Assembly (NCBI GenBank): GCA_030390025.1
Contig: CM059431.1
Span: forward strand, 153,700,001-153,764,000
Length of the DNA stretch: 64,000 bases
Reading direction: 5' to 3'
From: Squalus acanthias
Taxonomy: Eukaryota
Under the pieces are notes generated by a model. That model saw only the letters and a program-made list of their open reading frames with translations, had not been told where the DNA came from and searched no databases. Within the stretch, counting starts at the first letter, position 1, and each line of letters begins with the position of its first letter. Of this stretch, positions 1 through 12,900 are shown in pieces. Made by a program: the position numbers and the translations under genes.

Positions 1-789
1 AAGATGTTTCCACTTGTTCGGGGAGCCCAAAACACGGTGTCATCAATATAAGATAGCCACTAATAACTCCAACTGATAATTCAGGAGGAACTTCTTCACT
101 CAGAGTGTAGTGGGAATATGGAACTCACTCCCACAAGGAAAGGTTGAGGCTAAATAAGCACAAGGACGGAAGGAATAAAGGATATGCTGATCGGGCGAGA
201 TGAAGTAGGGTTGGGAGGAGGTGCATGTGGAGCAGAAACATCAGCAAGGATCCGATTGCCCTCTTTCTGTGCTGTAATTCGATGTAGATTGCTGCATCTC
301 CGCAACTAATCAAATAATCCGCGGAAATGAGCATCATCCGTGGATCGAACTATCTCCAGACTTGAGCAGAACCCAAGGAGCAAGTCTGGGACAGGGCAAG
401 AGATGCTGCAGACTTGGGGGGAGGGGGGCACCAACCTATACCCATCAAGCAACAGCCCAGACTCCAACACTAACCCTGGGTGTGTCCTGTCCCACCACAA
501 CAGACCCACCAGAGGTGGCGGCACAGTGATATATAGTCGGGAGGGAGTTGGTCTAGGAGTCCTCTGGACCCAATTAAGTCTCATGGCTTCAGGTCAAACA
601 TGGGAAGAAACCCCAGCTGATTACCACCTACCGCACTCCCTCAATTGCAGTAAATAATCACAACGAGGCAATATCTGCCATCTATGAGTTGTTGACCTCC
701 ATTCCTTTGGGCTTCACTCACAGGTCGAAACAGACCCCACCTGGACTCGGGCTCCTTTTACAAGGTAGAAAGCACTAATCTCCCAGCTC

Positions 790-1030
790 ACCTCCCCAGT
801 GCTCCTCCCTCCCAGTGCAAGGGGACAGCTTCCTCCATCCCCAGTGCACTGCTCCTCCCTCCCAGAGCAAGGGGATAGCTGTCCCCACCCTCAGGATACT
901 GCCCCTCCCTCACAGAGCAAGGGGACAGCTCTCCCCACCCCCCCAGGACACTGCCCCTCCCTCCCAGAGCAAGGGGACAGCTCCCCCCACCCCCAGGACA
1001 CTGCCCCTCCCTCCCAGAGCAAGGGGGCAA
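790..1030. repeat. Short C-rich tandem repeat (ctgcccctccctcccagagcaaggggacagct...)
   Basis: About four to five imperfect copies. Confidence 0.8.
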
Positions 1031-1189
1031 AAAAATCACCTGTTCCCTGGATCTCACCACCCACATCTTCCAAATGGGGAATCACCGCTGCCCCTCCCCG
1101 CCCCCACTTCAGGAATCCTCCACCATCCCCACATCAAACCCCAACCAATGTTTAACAGCAATGTTAGAGTAAATTCAGGCTCCACAATT

Positions 1190-2715
1190 AGAAAGAACTT
1201 GCATTTATACAGCGCCTTTCACCAACCTCAGGACGTCCCAAAGCGCTTTACATCCAACAAAGTACTTTATTGAAGTGTAGTCAGTATTGTAGTGGAGAAA
1301 ACGCAGTAGCCAATGTAGACGCACAGCAAGATCCCACAAACTGCAATGTGATAAATGACCAGATCATGTGTGGTTTTTAGTGATGTTGGTTGACAGACAA
1401 CAGGGAGAACTGCCCCTGCTCTTCTTCAAAATAGTGGCCATGGGATCTTTTACGTCCACCTGAGGGGGCAGACAGGCCCCTTAGTTCAACTTCTCATCTA
1501 AAAAGACTGCACCACAGACAGTGCAGCACTCCCTCAGTACTGTCCCTCCGATAGCGCAGCCCTCCCTCAGTACTGTCCCTCCGACAGTACAGCGCTCCCC
1601 CAGTACTGTCTCTCCGACAGTGCGGCGATCCCTCAGTACTGCCCCTCCGACAGTGCGGCGCTCACTCAGTACTGTCCCTCCGACAGCGCAGCCCTCCCTC
1701 AGTACTGTCCCTCCGACAGTGCGGCGCTCCCTCAGAACTGTCCCTCCGACAGTACGGCGCTCCCTCAGTACAGTCCCTCCGACACCGCGGCCCTCCCTCA
1801 GTACTGTCCCTCCGACAGTGCGGCGCTCCCTCAGTACTGCCCCTCCGACAGTGCGGCGCTCCCTCAGTACTGCCCCTCCGACAGTGCGGTGCTCCCTCAG
1901 TACTGTCCCTCCGACAGTGCGGCGCTCCCTCAGTACTGCCCCTCCGACAGTGCGGCGCTCCCTCAGTACTGTCTCTCCGACAGTGCTGCGCTGCCTCAGT
2001 ACTGCCCCTCCGACAGTACAGCGATCCCCCAGTACTGTCTCTCCAACTGTGCGGCGCTCCCTCAGACAGTGCGGCGCTCCCTCAGTACTGTCCCTCCGAC
2101 AGTGCGGCGCTCCCTCAGTACTGCCCCTCCGACAGTGCGGCGCTCCCTCAGTACTGCCCCTCCGACAGTGCGGCGCTCCCTCAGTACTGTCCCTCCGACA
2201 GTGCGGCGCTCCCTCAGTACTGTCCCTCCGACAGCACAGCGCTCCCCCAGTACTGTCCCTCCGACCGTGTGGCGCTGCCTCAGTACTGTCCCTCCGACAG
2301 TGCGGCGCTCCCTCAGTACTGTCCCTCCGACAGTGCGGCGCTCCCTCAGTACTGTCCCTCAGACAGTGCGGCGCTCCCACAGTACTGTCCCTCCGACAGT
2401 GCGGCGCTCCCTCAGTACTGTCCCTCCGACAGTGCAGCGCTCCCTCAGGGCCGCCCCTCCGAGGGCGCAGCGCTCCCTCACTGCCGCTCCTCAGTACCGT
2501 CCCTCAGACAGTGCAGCGCCCCCTCAGTACAGTCCCTCTGACAGTGCCGAGGGTGCAGCGCTCTCAGTACTGCCCCTCAGACAGTACAGCGCCCCCTCAG
2601 TACTGGCACCAGGGGGGAGTGTCAGCCTGGAATATCAGGGCTCAAGTCTCTGAAGTGGGGGATCGAAACCACAACCTTCTGACTCAGAGGGCGAGACAGA
2701 GCGCTGCCCACTGAA
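1190..2715 (-). mobile_element. DeuSINE/SacSINE1-like SINE with an internal 33-bp minisatellite expansion
   Basis: L2-like tail (gaaagaacttgcatttatacagcgcctttc) at the left end, tRNA-like head near 2640-2715; related copies at 4470-4850, 7740-8000, 10395-10710 and 15650-16350. Family name from memory. Confidence 0.55.
1515..2605. repeat. 33-bp minisatellite (cagtactgtccctccgacagtgcggcgctccct)n
   Basis: 11-aa periodicity in the spurious ORFs ([11 protein letters not shown]). Confidence 0.95.
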
Positions 2716-3764
2716 GCAGGCCGCTGATTAAACAGTGGAGACGTTCCCCTTGCACTGTATGGAGTTGGTCAAGCTCAACTTGGCTGGGGGACATTGGGCT
2801 CTGCAGCGCTGTCATTACCCACACTCCCCAGCTCTGCGTGGAGCTGAACACGTCACCCGTCCCCCTTCCTTTCTCACCAACACCATCCGATATCAAAACC
2901 CCACCGTCTCTCTCTCTCTCACTCTCCCCTCTTCAAAGGGACTCTTTCACCAGACTCTCGATATTCAAAACGCGCACTGACCCGTCACCCCCACCATCTC
3001 CGAACAGTGAACTCCAAGAGGTGCCAGAACTCCAGGTCTGAACTGAACTCCGTCGCTCGCTCCCCAGGGTGCCCAGAACCTGACCCCTTCCAGCTAAAGG
3101 CAGCCTCTCACACCCGCACCCAAGGCTGAATAGCCGGACTCCTTCTCCCCAATCGGGCCCAAGAGCCCAGTTTGGGAACGTGAACCCCACTCGTACAGGC
3201 ACGGAAATATAGCCAGTCCACAGATACAATCCCCTTCCCTCCCATCCTGCCTGTAGCGAAGTCTCCACCCTCCCCACCCCTTCCCCCCGCTCCCTCACGA
3301 TCGACGGCCCTTGCGACCAAAATAAACGCCCATTATCACCGTGAGCCCCGTCACTTCCCAGCCGACCAGACAGATAAGGAGAGCGAGAGAGTGAGACATA
3401 AAACAATACACGAACACTCGGAGGGCGAGGGAAGAGTCTAAAATAAAACTGGATTTGAAAAGGAACCCGTTAACAGATTTGATTTTTATAGAATATATCG
3501 GGTGTCATTTTACAACGGGGTTGTCGTTCAACCTGGCGATTGGAAATCATTGCCCCAGTTGGGGGGGTGGGGGTCGGGGGGAAGGGAGGGAGGGAGGGAG
3601 GGGGGCTGAATCCCCCTCGGCTGTTGATGATCCTCCTCCTCCTCCTCCTCCCGTGGGGAATCAGAAAGAAGTGGTCGCTCAGTCCCAGTCCAGTCGCGTC
3701 GCTCAGTCCAGGCCAGTCGCGCACACACACACACGCACACACAGGCAGCAGTGGGCGTTGGGCT

Positions 3765-3913
3765 TCAGAAGATGTCTGGACACAGGCGCCAGTCTTGCTT
3801 CTCTTTCGCCTCCCAGTAGCCGCCCTTGTAGAGGTGCACCACTTCTTTGGTGTAAGGATCCTCGCGCTTCTCGAACCACAGCGGCCGATAGCTCGAATCA
3901 GCGTGGGGGTGGC
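3765..3913 (-). CDS. OSBP: OSBP-like terminal exon: (G)[48 protein letters not shown]
   Basis: tttttgcag|GC acceptor; ends in the typical OSBP C-terminus CPDIF-stop. Confidence 0.93.
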
Positions 3914-6900
3914 CTGCAAAAACCAACGGTGGGTAAAGGCCAGAGTTATTTTCAGCTCTTGTCATCAATGCAGGACAATTTTCATTCCAGTTAGATACAG
4001 AGTAAAGCTCCCTCTACACTGTCCCATCAAACACTCCCAGGGTAGGTACAGCACGGGTTAGATACAGAATAAAGCTCCCTCGACACTGTCCCATCAAACA
4101 CTCCCAGGACAGGTACAGCACGGGTTAGATACAGAGTAAAGCTCCCTCTATACTGTCCCCATCAAACACTCCCAGTGCAGGTACAGCACGGGTTAGATAC
4201 AGAGTAAAGCTCCCTCTATACTGTCCCCATCAAACACTCCCAGTGCAGGTGCAGCACGGGTTAGATACACAGTAAAGCTCCCTCCATACTGTCCCATCAA
4301 ACACTCCCAGTGCAGGTACAGCACGGGTTAGATACACAGTAAAGCTCCCTCTATACTGTCCCATCAAACACTCCCAGGGCAGGTACAGCATGGGGTTAGA
4401 TACAGAGTAAAGCTACCTCTTGAAATTGTTCTTGATCTGATGTGTGTTCACTCTTGACATTTAGGGAAACACAGCACAGCCAATTTGCACCAGCAAGGTC
4501 CCACAAACTGCAATGTGATAACGATCAGATAACCTGTTTTTTTAGCAATGTTAGTTGAGGAAAAAGTATTGGGCCCAGGACACCAGGGGAGAACTCACCC
4601 CGCTGTACTCAGTACTGCCCCCTCCGACGGTGCAACGCTTCCTCGGTAACGCCCCCTCAGACAGTGCAGCGCTCCCTAGGGACTGCCCCTCCGACAATGC
4701 AGCACTCCCTCGGTACTACCCCCTCCGACGGTGCAGCACTCCCTAGGTCCTGCCTCTCCGACAGTGCAGTGCTCTCTCAGTATTGGCACCGGGGAAGTGT
4801 CAGCATTGGTTATGGGGCTCGAACCCGTGACCTTCTGGCTCAGGGGGAGAGAGGGAGAGAGGGAGAGAACGAGAACCGCCCGTTCAGTAGATGGGGTCTA
4901 TACTCTCTGGAGTACTGAGGGACCACAGGCACTGTCGGAGGGCTGTCCTATGATGAGAGATTGCCTAGAATGGCCCTGTACTCGCTAGAGTTTAGAAGAA
5001 TGAGAGGTGATCTCATTGAAACATAGAAGATTCTGAAGGGGATTGACAGGGTTGATGCGGAGAGTGTCTAGAACTAGGGGGCATAGTCTCAGGATAAGGG
5101 GTCGGCCATTTAAGACTGAGATGAGGAGGAATTTCTTCACTCAGGGATGTGAACCTTTGGCGTTCTCTACCCCAGAGGGCTGTGGATGCTCAGTTGTTGC
5201 GTATATTCAAGGCAGATTTTTGGACTCTCGGGGAATCATGGAATATGGGATCGGGCGGAGAAAGTGGAGTTGAGGTCGATGATCAGCCATGATCTCATTG
5301 AATGGCGGAGCAGGCTCGAGGGGCCGAATGACCGACTCCTGCTCTTATTTCTTACGGTCTTGTGGCCACGCCCTGAACCAATTGAGGGAGACAAGGCGGG
5401 GCGGGGAGATTTGGGAGGCTGAATTGGACACCCCTTCCCCCCGAGACAGCCCTCACCTCCCCCTTCCCCCCGAGACAGCCCTCACCTCCCCCTTCCCCCC
5501 GAGACAGCCCTCACCTCCCCCTTCCCCCCGAGACAGCCCTCACCTCCCCCTTCCCCCCCGAGACAGCCCTCACTTCCCCCTTCCCCCCGAGACAGCCCTC
5601 ACCTCCCCCTTCCCCCCGAGACAGCCCTCACCTCCCGCTTCCCCCCCCGAGACAGCCCTCACCTCCCCCTTCCCCCCCGAGACAGCCCTCACCTCCCCCT
5701 TCCCCCAGAGACAGCCCTCACCTCCCCCTTCCCCCCCGAGACAGCCCTCACCTCCTCCTTCCCCCCGAGACAGCCCTCACCTCCTCCTTCCCCCCGAGAC
5801 AGCCCTCACCTCCCCCTTCCCCCGAGACAGCCCTCACCTCCCCCTTTCCCCCGAGACAGCCCTCACCTCCCCCTTCCCCCGAGACAGCCCTCACCTCCCC
5901 CTTCCCCCCGAGACAGCCCTCACCTCCTCCTTCCCCCCGAGACAGCCCTCACCTCCCCCTTCCCCCCGAGACAGCCCTCACCTCCCCCTTCCCCCCGAGA
6001 CAGCCCTCACCTTCCCCTTCCCCCCGAGACAGCCCTCACCTCCCCCTTCCCCCCCGAGACAGCCCTCACCTCCCCCTTCCCCCCGAGACAGCACTCACCT
6101 CCCCCTTCCCCCCCCCGAGACAGCCCTCACCTCCCCCTTCCCCCTGAGACAGCCCTCACCTCCCCCTTCCCCCGAGACAGCCCTCACCTCCCGCTTCCCC
6201 CCCCGAGACAGCCCTCACCTCCCGCTTCCCCACCCCGAGACAGCCCTCACCTCCCCTTCCCCCCGAGACAGCCCTCACCTCCCCCTTCCCCCCGAGACAG
6301 CCCTCACCTCCCCCTTCCCCCCGAGACAGCCCTCACCTCCCCCTTCCCCCCGAGACAGCCCTCACCTCCCCCTTCCCCCCCGAGACAGCCCTCACCTCCC
6401 CCTTCCCCCCCCCCCTTCCCCCGAGACAGCCCTCACCTCCCCCTTCCCCCCGAGACAGCCCTCACCTCCCCCTTCCCCGACCCTTACCGTCCTCGGTGAT
6501 CCTGCTGACGTCGGACTCCCGCTTGCGCCGCACGACTCGCTGCTTCTCCTCCAGCCGCTGCTTCTCCATGTTGGCCTCGTCCCACCTGCCGTTCTCCATC
6601 AGCCTCTGGTCGGGCCGCAGGCGGCTGTCGGTGGGGGCCACCCCATCCTCCGGCTCGTTCAGAGTCAGGGCCAGCTCCGAGAAGTAGTACATGGTCTCCG
6701 CGTGTTCCCTGGCGGGACAGGAGGGAGCAGAGTGGGAGGTGTTTAATCCCGCATCCTCGGATTCAGAGCCCCCCCCCCCCCCACTCTATACAGACGCCCC
6801 GCGCTCCCTCTACCAGCCCCCGCAATTCCCATTCCGCAACTCTGAGCATCACAGCCAAGCCCCACCTTCCTGTCCCCGGCCCCAGCAGATCAGATACAGA

Positions 6901-9900
6901 TTAAAGCTGCTGAAGTCAGGGCATCGGCACCCTTCAGGAATTAAGGGGTTAACAATGCAGCTTGCACACTAGAAACGGTTGAGACAGAGACCGGCGGAGA
7001 TAGCTCAGACATGCTGACCACAAGGTCTCCATGCTTTTCAAGATTAGATGAAACTAGCTCAGGAGCACCATCTCTGATTAACCACAAACTATGGAACCGA
7101 GAGATCAGTAAAACCACACGGGGCACAGCGAGACTGAAATGCAGACATGCGGTTTTACTAAGTCACAAAATTATAACAGGTGAGATCAGAAAGATCATGT
7201 GACAATAAATATAGGCGAACAGTCATGTGATGCGAGATATGGAATTAGCCAACTGTGCATGCGGGCTTTAAGCCAATTAAAAGTGTAACGGGATTGCGCA
7301 CGAGGCTACCACGACTTTTGAACGCGTAAATATGTAAGGCTTACTGTATCAATTTGGAGAAATCTCCTGGTGCGCCAGTAGAGATTGTCTCCCTACCGGT
7401 GGAATAAAGACCACTTAAATAACAATCTAAAACCTCGTGTCGAGTGTTGGTTTAAAATACTCCACAACAGCTCCCTCGACACTGTCCATCAAACACTCCC
7501 AGGGCAGGTACAGCACGGGTAAGATACAGAGTAAAGCTCCCTCTACACTGTCCCATCAAACACTCCCAGGGCAGGTACAGCACGGGTTCGATACAGAGTA
7601 AAGCTCCCTCTACACTGTCCCATCAAACACTCCCAGGGCAGGTACAGCACGGGTTAGATACAGAGTAAAGCTCCCTCTACACTGCCCCATCAAACACTCC
7701 CAGGGCAGGTACAGCACGGGTTAGATACAGAGTAAATCTGTTGTTTTTTAGTGATGTTGGTTGTGGGATAAATATTGGCCCAGAATACCGGGGAGAACTC
7801 CTTCTGTTCTTCTTCCAAAAGTGGCCCTGAGATCTTTCACGTCTACCTGAGGGGGCACCTCAGACGGTGCAGTGATTCCTCAGGACTGGCATTGGGAGTG
7901 TCGGCCTAGATTACGGGTTTCAAGTCAGTGCAGTGGGACTCGAACCCACAACCCTCTGACTCAGAGGGTGAGAGTGCTGCCCACTGAGCCACGGCCGACA
8001 TCCATTGTTGCCCCTTGAGAAGGTGGTGGTGAGCCGCCTTCTTGAACAGCTCCCATTTATACAGCACCTTTAACCTCGTCAAAACGCACCAGGTTGCTAC
8101 ACAGGAGTAATTAGCAAATTAAGTCGACACCGAGCCACATCAGGAGACATCAGGATAGATGGCCAAAAAGCTTGGTCAAAGACGTAGGTTTTGAGGAGCG
8201 TCTTAAACGGCGGAGAGAGAGAGGGGGGTTTAGGGAGGGAATCCCGGAGATTAGGGCCTTAGCAGCTGAAGACATGGCTGCCAATGGTGAGCGATTAAAA
8301 TCAGGGGTTGGGGGGGGGGGGGTGGGGGGGAGTGCGCAAGAGGCCAGAATTGGAGGAGCGCAGAGATCTCGGAGGGATGTAGGGCTGGAGGAGTTTACGG
8401 AGATAGGGAGGGGGGGGGGGGGGGGGGGGGGGCGAGGCCATGGAGGAATTTGAAGACAAGGGTGGAGAATTTGAAAAAGCGAGGTGTTGCCGGACCGGGA
8501 GTCGATTCAGGTCAGCACCGGAGGAGAAGGGCTGATGAACCGGTGCAGTCCGTGCCGTGCTCCCGCAGCGCTGTCGGGAAGGGGAGTTCAAGGATTCAGC
8601 GAAGGACCGGCCGATATAGCTCCAAGTTGGGATGGTGTGGACCCGGAGTGGGGAGTGTCTCTGAGGTTGAGGGGCGCTCGCGTGCGCCTGCCTGGGAACA
8701 ACTCACGGGGCTTTGTGCCTCTTCCACAGCTCCTTCTCCCGCAGGGTCTCGTACACCGTCTTCTGCCTCCCCTCCGTGCCGTTCTCCCCTTTGCTGCTGT
8801 GCAGGACCCGCGAGTAGTCCATCTTGTCGTCCCACGTCCCCGAGAGGATTTAGTGAGCTTTGCCCCCGATGTCAGTCACAACACCAGTGACCTACGACCC
8901 CAGCGATAAAAAACAACAAAAGAAGTCAGACGTCAGGCAATCGCTCCACATCTCAAACCGCACACCCATAACGTTTCCAGCACCCACAGTGTTTATGCTT
9001 TTGTTATCGTGTTTAATACTGCATACAGTTTTGGTGTCCATACTTAAGAAAAGACATACTTGCTCTCGAGGCAGTACAAAGAAGGTTCACTCGGTTAATT
9101 CCGGGGATCAGGGGGTGGACATATGAGGAGAGGTTGAGTAGATTAGGGACTCTACTCATTGGAGTTCAGAAGAATGAGAGGCGATCTTATTGAAACATAT
9201 AAGATTGTGAAGGGGCTTGATCGGGTGGATGCAGGTAATGATGTTCCCAAGGATGGGTGAAACTAGAACTAGGGGGCATAATCTTAGAATAAGGGGCTGC
9301 TCTTTCAAAACTGAGATGAGGAGAAACTTCTTCACTCAGAGGGTAGTGGGTCTGTGGAATTTGCTGCCCCAGGAAGCTGTGGAAGCTACATCATTACATA
9401 AATTTAAAACAGAAATAGACAGTTTCTTAGAAGTAAAGGGAATTAGGGGTTACAGGGAGCGGGCAGGAAATTGGACATGAGGCTGAGTTCGGATCGGTCA
9501 AGGCCCTGTGGGTGGCGGAGCGGGCCCAGGGGCTGAGTGGCCGGGTCCTGCTCCTACTACTTGAGTTCTTTAGAGTTGAGGTAGGATCAGATCAGCCATG
9601 ATCTTATTGAATGGCGGAGCAGGCTCGAGGGGCCAAGTGGCCTACTCCTGCTCCTATTTCTTATGTTCTTAAATCTCCCCTTAAGCTTCTCTGCTCTAAG
9701 GAGAACCACCCCAGCTTCTCCAGTCTCTCCACATATTGAAAGTCTTTCATCCCTGGTACCATTCTGGTAAATCTCCTTAGCGGGCACGGGGGAGGGCTAC
9801 AAGAACAGAGGGACTTGGGGGTGCATCGTCACAAATCTTGGAAGGTGGCAGGGCAAGTTGATAAGGTGGGTAAGAAAGCGCTTGGAATACTTGGCTTTGT

Positions 9901-12900
9901 AAATAGGGGCATTGAATACAAAAAGAAGGAAGTCATTCATTAGGCCTCAGCTGGAGCATTGTGTCCAATTCTGGGCCCTGCGTTTAAGGACATCAAGGCC
10001 CTGGAGAGGGTACAGCGGAGGTTGACCAGGGTGCTACCAGGGATGAGGGACTTCAGCTGTGTGGAGAGACTGGAGAAGCTGGGGTTGTTCTCCTTAGAGC
10101 ACAGAAGGTTAAGGGGGGCCTATTACAGGTATTCAAAATTTAAAAAGGGGTTTTTGATCGAGCAAGTAGGGAGAAACTGTTTCCTCTGGCAACCGGGTCG
10201 ATAACCAGAGGTCACTGATTTAAGATAATTGGCACAAGAACCAGAGGGGAAAGGAGGAGAGATTTCTTCACACGGAGAGGGTTTGTTAAGATCTGGAACA
10301 CACTACCTGAAAGAGCGGTGGAATCAGATTCCATAGGAACTTTCAAAAGGCAATTGGACGTGTACTTGTAGAGGAATAATTTGCAGGCTTATGAACGAAA
10401 GACAGACTTGCATTTCTATAGCGCCTTACACAACCACCGGACGTCTCAAAGCGCTTTACAGCCAATGAAGTACTTTTGGAGTGTAGTCATGCTTGTAATG
10501 TGGGAAACGCGGCAGCCAATTTGTGCACAGCAAGCTCCCACAAACAGCAATGTGATAATGACCAGATCATTTGTTTTTAGTGATGTTGATTGAAGCATAA
10601 ATATTGGCCAGGACACCGGGGATAACTCCCCTGCTCTTCTTCGAATAGTGCCATGGGATCTTTTACGTCCACCTGAGAGAGCAGTTTAACGTCTCATCCG
10701 AAAGACGGAAAAATCTGGGATGTGGGATTAATGGGAGAACTCTTTCAAAGAGGCGGAACAGACGACGGGCCGAATGGCCTCCTTCTGTGCTGTAGGATTC
10801 TATGATTCAGCCCACAGCTCCGTGCCGGTGTTTATGCTCCAAGCGAGCCTCCTCCCACCCTATCAACATATCCATCTATTCCCATCTCCCTCCTGTGTTT
10901 ACCTGGCTTCCTAGATATGTGACGAGAAAAAGATTGGTGAAGTCAAGCGTAGATCCCTTGCAGTCAGAATCAGGGGAATTTATAATGGGGAACAAAGAAA
11001 TGGCAGACCAATTAAATACATACTTTGGTTCTGTCTTCACAAAGGAGGACACAAATAACCTCCCAGAGATGTCGGGGAACATAGGGTCTAATGAGAGGGA
11101 GGAACTGAATGAAATCAGTATTTGTAGGGAAATGGTGTTAAGGAAATTGACGGGATTGAAGGCCGATAAATCCCCAGGGCCTGATAATCTACATCCTAGG
11201 GTACTTAAGGAAGTGGCCCTAGAAATAGTAGATGCATTGCTGGTCATCTTCCAAAATTCTATAGACTCTGGAACAGTTCCCATGGATTGGAGGGTAGCTA
11301 ATGTTACCCCACTATTTAAAAAAGGTGGTGGAGAGAAAATGGTGAATTATAGACCGGTAAGCCTGATATCGGTAGTGGGGAAAATGTTAGAGTCCATGAT
11401 AAAAGATGCAATAGCAGAGCACTTGGAAAACAGTGACCGGATCGGACAAAGTCAACATGGATTTACAAAATAAATCAAGCTTGACTAATCTACTGGAATT
11501 TTTTGAGGATGTAACTGGTAGAATAGATAAGGGAGAACCAGTGGATGTGGTGTATTCGGACTTTCACAAGGCTTTCGATAAGGTCCCGCATAAGAGATTA
11601 GCGTGCAAAGTTAAAGCACACGGGATTGGGGGTAAGGTACTGTCTTGGATAGAAAACTGGTTGGCAGACAGGAAGCAAAGAGTTGGAATAAATGGGTCTT
11701 TTTCCGAGTGGCAGGCAGTGACTAGTGGGGTACCGCAGGGATCGGTGCTAGGACTCCAGCTATTCACAATATATATTAATGATCTAGACGAGGGAACTAG
11801 ATGTAATATCTCCAAGTTTGCAGACGACACAAAGCTGGGTGGGCGTGTGTGCTGTGAGGAGGATGCAGAGAAACTCCAGTATGATTTGGACAGGTTGGGT
11901 GATTGGGCAGATGCATGGCAGATGCAGTATAATGTGGATAAATGCGAGGTTATCCACTTTCGTGGCAAAAACAGGAAGACAGATTATTATCTGAATGGCA
12001 ATAGATTGGGAAAAGGGGAAGTGTAACGAGACCTGGGTATCCTTGTGCACCAGTCGCTGAAGGTAAGCATGCAGGTGCAGCAGGCGGTTAAGGCGGCAAA
12101 TGGCATGTTGGCCTTCAAAGCGAGAGGATTCGAGTACAGGAGCAAGGATGTCTTGCTGCAGTTGTACAGGGCCTTGGTGAGACCACACCTTGAGTATTGT
12201 GTGCAGTTTTGGTTGCCTTAACTGAGGAAGGATGTTCTTGCTATGGAGAGAGTGCAGCGAAGATTCACCAGACTGATACCTGGGATGGCAGGAATGACGT
12301 ATGGAGAGAGATTGGGTCGATTGGGCTTGTATTCGCTAGAGTTTAGAAGAATGAGAGGGGATCTCATCGGAACATATAAAATTCTGACAGGTCTGGACAA
12401 ACTAGATGCAGGAAAGATGTTCCCGATGGTCGGAGAGTCCAGAACCAGGGGTCATAATCTAAGGATAAGGGGTAAGCCATTTAGGACAGAAATGAGGAGG
12501 AATTTCTTCACCCAGAGAGTGGTGAACCTGTGGAATTCTCTACCACAGAAGGTAGTTGAGGCCAAGTCATTAAATATATTCAAGAATGAGTTAGATATAT
12601 TTCTTAAAGCGAAAGGTATCAAGGGATATGGGGAGAAGGCAGGGACAGGGTACTGAGTTTGGATGATCAGCCATGATCTCATCGAATGGCAGAGCAGGCT
12701 CGAGGGGCCGAATGGCTTACTCCTGCTCCAATCTTCTATGTTTCTATGTTTAAGCTCCACCCACATCCAAAGAACAAGTTAGCAATAAGAATATGATCGA
12801 TATCTGGGGGGAGCAGGAAGGTTTGAGGGGGACAGCTTCAAAACAGCTTACATTTATACAGCACCTTTACTGTAGTAAGTCCCAAGGCGATTCACAGGAG

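Noticed and set aside
1481..2714. Long ORFs of 250-400 aa on both strands
   Set aside because: Translation of a stop-free 33-bp minisatellite; no evidence of a gene.
5289..6746. 485-aa proline-rich ORF
   Set aside because: C-rich VNTR plus the antisense of an OSBP exon.
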